64,000 nt of DNA, from positions 30,444,001 to 30,508,000 of the forward strand of contig NC_087245.1 in assembly GCF_037042905.1 (NCBI RefSeq). Direction: 5' to 3'. Every line of letters starts with the position of its first letter. The stretch's first letter is position 1. The notes under the pieces were generated by a model. The model saw only the letters and a list, made by a program, of their open reading frames with translations, had not been told where the DNA came from and did not search any database. A program made the translations under genes and the position numbers. The stretch is from Lytechinus pictus. Taxonomy: Eukaryota. Of the stretch, positions 24,901 through 36,900 are shown in pieces.

Positions 24901-27900
24901 GGGGGAATCAACATCAAAATCTTAACCTAAGGTTAAGTTTTTGAAATGTCATCATAACTTAGAAAATATATGGACCTAGTTCATGAAACTTATACATAAG
25001 GTTAATCAAGTATCATTGAACATCCTGCATGAGTTTCACGTCACATGACCAAGGTCAAAGGTCATTTAGGGTCAATGAACTTTGGCCGAATTGGGGGTAT
25101 CTGTTGAATTACCATCATAACTTTGAAAGTTTATGGATCTGATTCATGAAACTTGGACATAATAGTAATCAAGTATTACTGAACATCCTGTGCAAGTTTC
25201 AGGTCACATGATCAAGGTCAAAGGTCATTTAGGGTCAATGAACTTTGGCCAAATTGGGGTATTTGTTGAATTACAGCCATAAATTTGAAAGTGTGTTGGT
25301 CTAGTTCATAAAACTTGGACATAATAGTAATCAAGTATTACTGAACATCCTGTGCAAGTTTCAGGTCACATGATCAAGGTCAAAGGTCATTTAGGGTCAA
25401 TGAACTTTGGCCAAATTGGGGTATTTGTTGAATTGCCATCATATCTCTATAAGTGTATTGGTCTAGTTCATAAAACGTGGAAATACGAGTAACCAAGTAT
25501 CACTGAACATCTTGTGCGAGTTATAGTAGTTTTCAAAATCAGCACTGCTGCTATATTGAATCGCGTGATGCAGGTGAGATGGCCAGAGGCATTCCACTTG
25601 TTCTCTTTTTACCTCATAAAGTACGCTCCATACATCAATTCTACAATCAGTAATAAATAAAACATTATTTGATCCCCTTTTATTGAAATATATGATTTTA
25701 TGAAAAGTCGTCATTCCGAAATAAAAGGTTCAGGTGACGATGAAGACTAAATATTTTTCCGATACTATCGATATCAAATGATGTCGCGGACTTGAAAGAC
25801 AAAATTGCCTTCGTGAAACGGAAAGCGCTGATTTGTCGCCAATCTTCCTATCTCGGAAGAATGGTCCTAGGACGTTCCTACGTAACGCTCATCTCGTCAT
25901 GCAACAGGCCCCAGGGTCCCAAAAAATAAAGAAAACATTTTTAAAAGGCTCGAGTTTGTTTTGCTGTCCTTGTTATCCCCCCCCCAAAAAAAAAAAAAAA
26001 AAGTGAAGGAATGAAAGACAAAAAGAATAAAAGAAAGGAAGAATAAAGAAAGTATAGATGTGAAGGAAGGAAAAAAAGATCTAAAGAAGGAAAGGAAGAA
26101 CAAAAATTAGAAAGGAATGAAGGAAAGAAATGAAACATAATAAAGAAAGAAAGCTTAAGAACAAAAGACAGAAAGTAGTGAAGGAAAGAAAGAAGAAGCA
26201 ATTAAAAAGAAAGGGTAAAAACTAAAATGAGATGGAAAGAAGGAAAAAAGAACAGTAGAGGCGCACGGCCAATATGGGAGACTCTCCAATAGGGGAGACA
26301 ATCTCCCACATTGGAGACTTGCTTTGCAAAAGGACAAAATTTTGTCTCACTGAGGTCATAAGCCCATTTGTTTTGTGTGTGATTGACAACAAAATTCCTT
26401 ATCAAAACAAAAGTAGACGGTGAAAAGGGGTAATTTTTCATGAGGAATCTGCTTATCACATTTTTATTTGCCGCCAAGGTAATCCTTTTGCAGCAAATGT
26501 AAACAAAGGAAATTGGATACCCAAATTCTTTACAAAAGTCTCTGTTAAAATGTTATTGGAGATAATCTCCCACAATAGAGACAGTCTCCAATATTGGCCG
26601 TGCGCCTCTACTGAAGAAAGAGAAAGAAAAGGTAAAATGATAGATAAAGAAGGAAAAAAAGAATGAAGGAAGCAAGCAATATAAAAAAAGAATGGATGAA
26701 AGGAAGAAAAAAAAGAAAGACAAAGAAAGGAAGGAATGAAAGAAAGAGAAAGGAAGCAAGCAGTAAAAAGAAAGAAAAGGTAAAATGATAGATTGAACGA
26801 ACAAAGAAAGGAAGGAATGAATGAAAGAGAAAGGGCTGAAAGAAGGAAGAAATAAAAAACAAGAAAGGGTGAAGAAATGATGGATGGAAGGAAGAAAGTA
26901 ACATAGAATGAAGGAAAGAAAGGGTAAAAAGAAGGAAAGAAAGAAAGAAGAGATAAATATAGGATGGATGGACTCAAGAATTAAAGAAAGAAATTTAAAA
27001 AAAAGAGAAAAAGAAGTAGAGAAAAATATTTTTGTGAAGGAATGAAAGAACAAATAAGGGAAATTAAAAAAGAAAGACAGTAACAAAAAAAATGAAAGAA
27101 GAGAGGGAAGAAACAAAGAATGAAAAGAAAGAAAACTGAAAATAAATTGTCAGTTTCTTTTTGGCTCAATTGAAATATAGCTACGAAAGAAAGTCAAAAA
27201 CCAAGTGTATCAACACACACAAATGCATATATGGGGCTACCATGTATTCAGACGATATCACTCGAAGCCCGATCTATTTGAACTCAAAACAAGTGAAAAT
27301 TTCTCCTTTTACTGCTTACAAATGACAGTTACCCCAATTTTTAGGAAATATGGACATTATAAGAGCTTTTCATGAGTGAATTTTGACAGTTCGGTGAGAG
27401 ATTTCTGCCAGAGGTTAGCAAAGCTTCGTTCGTGCAGCCAGTAGAAAATTTACCATGTGGGCTGTGTGGCTGGCTTCATGTACACTGTATGTAATACCCA
27501 AGTAAAAATTACATGCGATTCTGTGTGTATTCTGTGTGTGAATAACAGAAATTAACGGGAGGAAAATGGTTTGCAATGTGAGTCATGGAATTATGTTTAT
27601 GTTGGACCAGTGAATTTGACCATTTCTGGAAAAGTTACTGGCCCAACAATGGTTTGTATTACTGGTCCCATAAATCTTGCTATTTTTGAAATAATTACTG
27701 ACCCAACAATGATATTTTTTACTGGTCATGACGGACCAATAAATCTTGCTATTTCTGAAAATCTACTGGCCCGACAGCGATTTTTACCCGTCTGGGACCG
27801 TCGGACCAGCGGTAGTGTCGCGTCCTGGTATAGGTACCAATACCATGGTCTGTGTATACTGTATGGGTGAATACCGGTAGAGAAAAGTCCCCAAATACCG

Positions 27901-30900
27901 ACGAAAATGACTTCAACTCCCTCCCCATCAGTACCTCTAGCGAAGTTCGTGCAGGCTCCACTTCACTACCGCTACACTACGCTCCACCTACCCGAACTTC
28001 GAGACCATGAACTCGATCTGATATTTCGAGTGACAAAGGTGGGATTTTATGGGGGGGGGGGAATATAAAATTCATGCAACATCACGATCTTTAAAAACAA
28101 TTAAAACTAATATTCTTACTTTACAAAAAGTTTCACTTTTCCATGCTTCTATCAGTCTCAAAATTGGTGATTTAGAGTCAACATGAAGTTCCTCACACGT
28201 ATAAATAATTCGCTGCTGATTTCAAAAAATCGCATGCGCGAGGGTTCGAGCCAGTAACCCCTGTGTGGTGAAATAACATGATTGATTGCATTTATTTTTC
28301 ATTCCAAAATTTAACAAAAGTTACAATGTATAGCAAAACACAACAAATATAATATACAGAAATGAAAAAAGGGAACCCACTGGAAAGCAAAGCTTGTTAG
28401 TATGGGTTCCCTGCAATAAATAGTTAATTAAAGTATATCTTTGATCAATGAAATTAAAATAGTAAATTAAAAAGGTTTGTACAATGAAAAAGAATACTAG
28501 TGGGGTCAAGCTTTTTATGCCTACTCACTATGTTACATGAATAAGATTGTCGATGTTTGGCTTATTTTGCGTGATTAATAGATGGGCTGGATAATAAATG
28601 TTTGATTTTTTGGCACGTTAGTTTTTAATACAGTAGGGATAACTTATATCTGAATTCATAAAAAGAAAATATGCCTTGGCCCAAAACTCAATAGAAATTA
28701 TTTTTTGTCTAAATAAAAGGAGAATCTGTGGAGATGAAGATCTGCATCAATCTCACTTTCCACCAATAGAGGGCCTCACAAATATATGCTCAAAATAAAA
28801 GTTTTTTGAGAGCTCTGGTGAACAAGAAAAATTTAGTCTATATATAGATTTAAATGAAAACAAATCACACCTGAATGAAACTGGGTGGTTTTTTTGTCAC
28901 AAAAGTGATATTTTAAAGACCTTTTTGTTTATTTTTAATTGATAAATGAAGGTAGACTACATGTAGGTCATCCCCTGGTGTGGTAATGAGGGTAAATTTG
29001 CTTTAAAAAGTGTAGGGAAATGCTACTTTTACATGATGAAAATGCAGAGTCCCTACTGTTGGAGAGGGCCGGACACCCGCTCGCCGCCCTCGTACTTTGA
29101 TACTGATTTTTTATTATCAAAGGTTGGCAGGTATGTTTTAGTGCAATTAGCCCCAGGCCTTATTTAGAATCAGGGGTGTGAGAGTTCAGATTTTTTTGTT
29201 TTGATTTTCAGCTTATTTTTGGCCTTCCTCTGTACAAAAAGTATGGGAGCTCTTTCAATTTCAGACTTTTTCAACACTCTTCAGCTTTTTCAGATCTTTT
29301 TATTTGTGACCACTCACACCCCTGTAGAATGCAAATGCGACATTAAAGAGGGTGTTTCAACGCCTACTTTGATACGGGCATTATCTTGGAATAGGTTACC
29401 ACCGCACCGTTCACTTCAAACGGCAGCGCTTCAGGCTTTATTAAAAAGTAACACACATTGGCAAATGGACTGGTCCCTTATTTCCACCTCCTTTGCCTTT
29501 GGTTGAGTCCATTCACATGTACTAGTGTGCATGCACAAATTTACGAGTGGTTCCCTAAAATTATGAAATTATGCAATTCAACATTGGGCTTTCTTATCTC
29601 ACCAAAGTTTACTTCTTAAAAAAAAGAGATGAAATTTTGTCTTCAAGGGGGACCCTTTCTTGGACTTGCCCTGGACAATTAAACTCCATTTCATCATAAG
29701 AATCATGAGACTCTCTTTCGTTAAGAATGTATCACTTATCACTAAATCAATCTTATTGCACATGTACTTAACCTGATAAAGGAAAACTTCTTTTGAAACC
29801 TACATGTTATATCATTATAAAGCTAGTAGGTCTTCAGTTTCATCATGATTTGAAAATAATCCAGGCTTGCCTTAAACTAAACAAAGTGGAGAAACAGCAA
29901 CTTTTGTTTGATGAAAATCATTATTTAATAGCATGTTATGGATTCATAGTTTCACATACACAAGAGTTCTTGAATAGATTCAAACATATGGCATGAAAGA
30001 ATTATCCTTTACAAATAGTCAAATACCAAAAACATGAAATGTGATTAATGTTGAGAGCAGATATAATTAAATCAAAAGTGGTGATTTGATCTGCACACAG
30101 CTCCTTAAAATATGCAGCATATTTCTAGCACAGGGGGGGGGGGGGGTCACTCTTCACATAGACCGCTACCCACCCATGTCCGACAGCCTCAGAAATGTAC
30201 CCTTAACGGCGTAACTACATTTACTCATTTACTCAATTTGCAACCCTAAATGGCGTAACCAATGAGAAAAGCCACCCTAAGTGGCGTTAACAGGGAAAAG
30301 CCCCTAATTCGATACCCTAAGTGCCGTAAACATATTAATTTGATACCAAACTGATTACTGATGTTAAATGAATGTTACATACAACAGGTATAAGTTCCCG
30401 GCATTTTTTTTATTATTGCAAGTAAGGCCAGCATAATTTACTCTCAATGACACCTCTCTTCACTTTGAATAGCCATCTTTTAGCCTAAATTAATGAATGC
30501 AAGTGAAAAATGTTGTTGCCTTGACTGACTGATGCTTCACTTAAACCATTCATTTTACCAATTTCATCAAAACTTGAAGAAAAAAATGGAATCCATACCA
30601 GTTAATGTGTTGAAAAATACATACATTAATTAAACCTCTATATATCTTTTTTTTAATAATGATTAAAAAACAAATCATAGGAATCCCCGGTATGAATCAA
30701 ACAAAATGGTATTGACTAAAGGCCTAAACCTATAGGCGTGCTGCCTATGGTATAGAGCCGGAGGTACGGAGGTATTCTCTCATAAGTGATGCGCTGGCCA
30801 GCGTGTGCGAGGATTATGTTGTCTCCCTTAAAATCACACCCTTCATACTGTTTATGGCTTAGGTCTGCTCCCAAATCTTCTCAAATTTGCAACCCTAAAC

Positions 30901-33900
30901 GGCGTAGAGCTTTTCATATTTGCACCCCTCAATGGCGTCATCTTCATAACCAAATTAGCAACCCTAAATGGCGTGAAGAGAGAGAGAAAATGCTACCCTA
31001 AACGGCGATTTACCAGCGAATGGTGCTGAAATGCAACCCTTTTTTCCAAAGACGTCGACGACGCCTGAGTGCCTGAAATGGGACCCTTTTCTACACTTTT
31101 TTTCTGGACGTGGGTGCGTAGCAGGCCATGTGGAGAGTGACCCCCGGGATTTCTAGTCTTCAATATTAAAGAAGCTACATTTTTAGGACCTGCCTACGGA
31201 TTGCGTTTGGGGCTTTGTTTCCAATTTTAATTGAAGAGGTTTTCACTTTATATTTTTGAAATATTTGAGACAGAAATCTTACAAAATCGACATTGGCTGA
31301 GGCACTCATATTATATTGCCCAGATGTGCAGATCTTAAGCCAGGAGTTGGTAAACAAAGCAGAAAACCTATACCCGATATTTCATTTTCCATTGATAACT
31401 TTATAAGTGATGGGAAATTGAAAGTACTGTTTTTATGTTAGATTGAAACCATTGCTTTGGTCTTATTTCACAGAAGCTAGAGATAAATTGAAGAAATGGA
31501 GAGAAGACAACACAAGGAACAGCATTGAGACTGTTGAGCTTGGACAGTATTTGCTGGATAATTATCGCCGAAAACTTGGGGATGAAGGTAGGCTCCAATT
31601 TTCTTTTATTAAAAAAAAACATCATAATACTGTTCCAGATATTTTCAGGATTTACAAAAGTCAAATCCACCCAAGCTTAAAGTTCATTTGACATGGGGAA
31701 TGTGGAAATGAGAGCTGATGATATCACACACTATTATTTATTGTAGACTTTTTCAATTTTTTCCAGACTTGACAATAAGGAAGTCCTTAATGGAATCACA
31801 ATAGTTCGCAAAAATAGCATTGCTACATGTTCAAGGAGGGAACAACCCTTGTGTTACATTGTGATGAGGAAAATTTTGCAATATTCCATATTTCATTATA
31901 TACAAAGAAATAATGAGTAGGTATTGTGTTCTATAATCTTTATGATCAATCATGTGTAATGTATTTTTTTTTGTCAACTTGTGTGCGTGCGCCCAATGTG
32001 AAATTTCCATACTTGTGTGTCATATTCATTATGGATAATAGAAGATGAATTTTTATCTGTTTGCAGTGTGGACTATCTACGAACAAGTCTGCATAGCAGC
32101 GCTGGACTGTGGGGACCAAGACTTAGCATCAGACATCATTGATACAATAGAGCAGAACTTTCCAAGTAGTATAAGAGGCAAGAGGTTAGAAGGTCTACAA
32201 TATGAGAGCCTTGGAGAGTGAGTAACGTTTAAAGTATTGAATTTGCTGCAGAGTCAAATACATTTACAGTCAAATCTGTCTTAGCGGCCATCTGGAACCT
32301 GTCTTTAGTGGCCATCAATATTGTATCCCAATCGAAAGGAATATGTGTTATAGAACCTGTTTATGAGGTGACCCGACAATTGCTCCGCCGACATCTGCTC
32401 CGCAGACAATTGCTACGCAAAATACGACAACTGCTCCGCCGACAATTGCTCCGGACAGTTGCTCCGCCGACAGTTGCTCCGTCGACACTTGCTCCGCCGA
32501 TATTTACTCCGTCGACACTTGCTCCGCCGATATTTGCTCCGTCGACATCTGCTCCGCCGATATTTGCTCCGCCGACAATTGCTCCGCCGGTAATTGCTCC
32601 GCCGACATCTGCTCCGATTATACGACAATTGCTCCGCCGATATTTGCTCCGCCAAAATCTGCTCCGTCAATATTTGCTCTGCCCACTTCTGCTCCGCCGT
32701 AAATTGCTCCGATAATGCGACATTTATTTATTCATCTATTCCTACTTTCATACGCGTAACAATTGTAGCACAGGATGAAGACGTCAATGCAAAGTAAACT
32801 TAAACTATGCTTGCATGATATATTACATGACATACACAGGGGGCGCGGAACGGTTTTCAAAGTGGGGGCTGACCATGCTAAAAATCACAATCATATGGTA
32901 ATTTTTACGTTTTTGTACACGGTTTTGGAAAAAAAATTGGGGCTGAAGCCCCCCAGCTCCCGGCCCCTGATACATAACATAGAAAGAAGTAGAAAAAATG
33001 GATAAGCACAAAGGAGGGATAGATATTCTTAATTTCTTATTCCTTGGGGGCATTTGTTTAAGTTTTATTACGTGCCTGGTGATTAAAATGAAAAAAATTA
33101 CGCGTGTTCATGTAATTATTGTAACAGTACAAAGAAAACTTCTTAGCGTCAAAATCGCTCTGGCGAAATATGCTCCGAAGTGGAGATATTTGCTCCAGGT
33201 GAAATTTAATAGGTATGCTTCATGTTTACAATTTTAAAAAAAATGCGTATAAATGTCCCATTTCCAGGTTGATAACAGCTCGCGCTTCGTGCTCGCATTA
33301 TAAATTCAGTGCGATGCGTTATTGGGATTCATGAATATGTTACTATATTATTACTGGTATGTATATACATTATTTCTTTTAAAAACAACATTATTTGTTT
33401 ATACGTTATGAGAGATATACATACATATATTCATTTATTGAAATATATTTATATTGTTGCTATTGCACAGAATAGAATAAAATACAACCGAAGTCTCGTC
33501 TTATAGTAACTCACCAGTAGCGTAATGAGCCAAAAAAAAATGGAGGGGGCCAGACAAGGATGACATTTAGTTTCCTTTCATTTATTCTTTTTTTTTATTG
33601 GTAGGGAGAATGGGGGGGGGGGATCCGTGACCCCTAGCACGCCCCTCCCCTATAGGGTAGATAAAGCCCAAGACGTATTAAAAAATATTGATAAAAATAT
33701 TAATAACTATAATGCTGATAAATGTGAAATAAATCAAGCGGTAACCAATGAAAATAAATAGTGTGAAAGAACAAAACGAGAAAGAGGGAGAGAGAGAGAG
33801 GGGCGCGCGCGAATGTATGGTGTATAAGTTGCTGGAAAGCAGAAGAGCAGGGGCGGATCCAGCCTTCGCCAATAGGGGGGGGGGGGCGGGGTTTTTAAAA

Positions 33901-36900
33901 CCATATTTTCCCCGATCGGCCGCTCGATGATGATTTTGGTCTCTTTGAAGGGGTAGTCCTAATAATCACTTCTTAGCTTTATTATAAATCAACATAAATA
34001 TATAATATAATCCTTATTCATATAATGCGAGCGCAAAGCGCGAGCTAAATTTTAAAGGAAATTTTATGTATTTTTCCTAAAATTTGAACATTCTGGTCAA
34101 TGTTTGTTATCCTGAAAAAGATGTGTATGCAACTAAATAATTACTACGAACGCGAAGCGCGAGCAGAAATGAACTGATGGAAAAGGTACCTGTTAAATAT
34201 TGCTTGCAGTTAGCCATGAAGACATTAAATACTTAAAAAATCAAATAATGCGAGCGCGAGATTTAGACCTACTGAACGAGACACTCTATGTTTTGTAAAT
34301 CATGAAAAGGATGAGTAATTGGGGATCTTCCTTACATTAATAATGCGAGCCCAAAGCGCAAGCAGAAAATTTTTATATGTATACATTTAATGTGATCGAA
34401 AAGGTACCTGTTAAGGACTGCTTGCACTTAGCCATGAAGATGCTACATATTTCAACAATCAAATAATGCGAGCGCGAAGCGCGAGCTTAATCATTTTGAA
34501 ATTTCTACATAAAGAATGGAAAATTTCAATCAATTTCTGTAATCGTGAACAGGATGGCTATATAACTAACCAATTTATACGAGCGCGAAGCGCGAGCGGA
34601 AAAATCTAGATTTAGACCTAAAACGGGACACTCTATTCATGTTTTGTAAATCATGAAAAGAATGAGTAATATGGGATCTTCCTAACTTGATAATGCGAGC
34701 ACAAAGCGCGAGCAGAAAATTTTTGATATTGTGATCTGAAACTGGATAATGATTTAAATAGATTAAACTTTTTGATATTCCGACTAAAAAACAGAGTCAA
34801 TTTTAAGCACTTTGTAGGGAAATTGTGAGGTGGATATGGATTGCATTTAATAAAGAGCTGATATGTTCTATTATTACTTTGAGTTTTGACATATAGGACC
34901 GGGACATCCTTAGGACATGCCATCATATGAAAATGATGACTATTTTCCTATTTCTCTTGCTAAGCGTGAGACAAAACAAAAGGGACAATTTAATTTCTAA
35001 ATTAATATCTTACTCATTAATGCCTAATGACGGCACGAAATCTGATGATATTATGGTCTGAAAACTGGACATTTCAAGCACTCTTGTAGTCATGAATAGG
35101 ATGCATCAGTTAATATATTTTTAACCATTAATGCAAGCGCAAATCGCGAGCCAAATTTTTTGATAAACTGTCATTAAATGGGGATTTTAAGTAGTTTATT
35201 TGTATATTCAATATTGAGACATACATAACTCTCCATTCAAATGCGAGTGCAGCGCTAGCTGATACGTTTTGACAATCAGACCTGAAAAGGGATATTTTGA
35301 AAACTTTGCGGAATACACGAAAATAATAGGTACCTGATAAATCAAAATTTGCGAGTGCGCAGCGCGAGCAGAAAATATTAAAAATCAGACCATAAAACTT
35401 GTTGGTCCAATAAATTTATGTTACACCTTGCACTCAATCTGCTGTCTGTATTTTATTGCAGAATTTTTTTTGTCTGGATTCAGGTTGAAGTACAGATTTT
35501 ATACTATTTTTTTGTCTCACCTGCATAGCTGCAGAGCAAGGCTATAGACACCACTTTTTTATAGCGGCGTCAACATTGAAATCTTAATCTAAGGTTATTT
35601 TTTTTAATGTCATCATAACTTAGAAAATAGTGTATGAACCTAGTTCATGAAACTTGGACATAAGGGCAATGAAGTATTACTGAACACCCTGCCTGAGTTT
35701 CAGTCAATGAACATTGGCCATGTTGGGGGTAATTGTTGAATTTCCATCATAACTTTCAAAGTTTATGGACATATTTCATGAAATCTGGATATAGGGGTGA
35801 TCAAGTATCAGAGATCATCTTTTGCAAGTCTTACATGTAGTTCACATGATCAAGGTCAAACGGCATTATGGTCAATGAATGTAGTATTATATTATTAAAT
35901 ACGAATGGTGTTTTTTGTGAATAAGTATTTTATATTCATTTTCAAAATCAGCACTGCTGCTATATTGAATCACGTAATGCAGGCAAGACTGCCAGAGGCG
36001 CTTCACTCATGTTTTTCAGGCCTTCTTTTTACAAAATACGTTATTAATTGAGCATCATTGAAAGTGTGAAACCCTATAAATGGTCAATTCCAGCGTAACG
36101 GACATGACGTTCAGACAAATTTTTGTAATTCAAAGGTTTATACAGTAGAATTAGCAGTCTTTTGATAATTGTTACTGAGCTTATCAGACACATTTAAGTA
36201 TCAGTTACATACACATGAAACTTCAAATCGTTTCGTTGAACAGTTGCGGAGAAATTGCACTCTTTATGAGCATAACGGACATGACACGAAATGGACGAAG
36301 CATTTTTACCTCCTATTGCTTATCGAAATTCCTGTGAATTCTTAGATTGCATGCACCTGATGTTGGTGTTAATTTAACCTTAAGATCATGCTCTATCCAC
36401 AAAAAGGTGTTTAACAACAGTTTTGCAGTGCATTCTGTATTCGTAGCTCAAAATGTAGTGTAACGGACATGACACCCAATGCGTAATGGACATGACAGTT
36501 TCGTCCACTTTTTGTAAGCGAATATAATTATTTTATTACAAGATATGGTACAAGTCTAATTGTTTACATGTTGAGGCTAAAGGTTAGAGACACACATCAT
36601 AACTGGTAATCTGTAATATCTCCTATTATTTTGCAATTTGAGAGAGGGGCTTTTCATACAATATTTATAAAACAAAAAAATATTTAGAAAATTTATTTTA
36701 CACCAGTTAACAACAGTTAATGAGTATTTTCCAGTTACTACCATCCGACACACCTAATTAAAAGAGAAACAGTTGATAGTAAAGATTATTTTTTATTCAT
36801 GGATTACAAAATTACAATTTGACAATATACACTAGGGTAACGGACATGACACCCTTACGAAGTGAACTTCATCAGCACTTCTTAGTTTCAAAATGAAAGA

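Larger units (their letters stand above)
21630..25911. mobile_element. Element C: PIF/Harbinger-like non-autonomous element with nested insertions
   Basis: 15-bp perfect TIR GGGCCTGTTGCATGA, 3-bp TSD CAG. Confidence 0.82.
13273..27827. mobile_element. Outer hAT-like element A, split by nested insertions
   Basis: Left end CAGGGCTCCACACTAAC, right end GTAGTGTCGCGTCCTG. ACTGGTCC/GGACCAGT motifs occur in all segments (13302, 21567-21611, 27604-27810). Flanks share TATAGG (degenerate TSD). Confidence 0.65.

Noticed and set aside
14068..25911. Autonomous transposase or nested gene within the large elements
   Set aside because: No ORF above ~110 aa and no DDE, RT or Rep/helicase motifs recognised; the size comes from nesting.
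26456..27169. 173-aa and 187-aa Phe/Ser/Leu-rich ORFs that look like membrane proteins
   Set aside because: Translation artefacts of the polypyrimidine strand; the same applies to 59220-59659 and the (CTAT)n ORFs.
32308..32715. 135-aa RRQLL/APP repeat ORF
   Set aside because: Product of a stop-free 15-bp minisatellite in EMC2 intron 3, with no splice or homology support.
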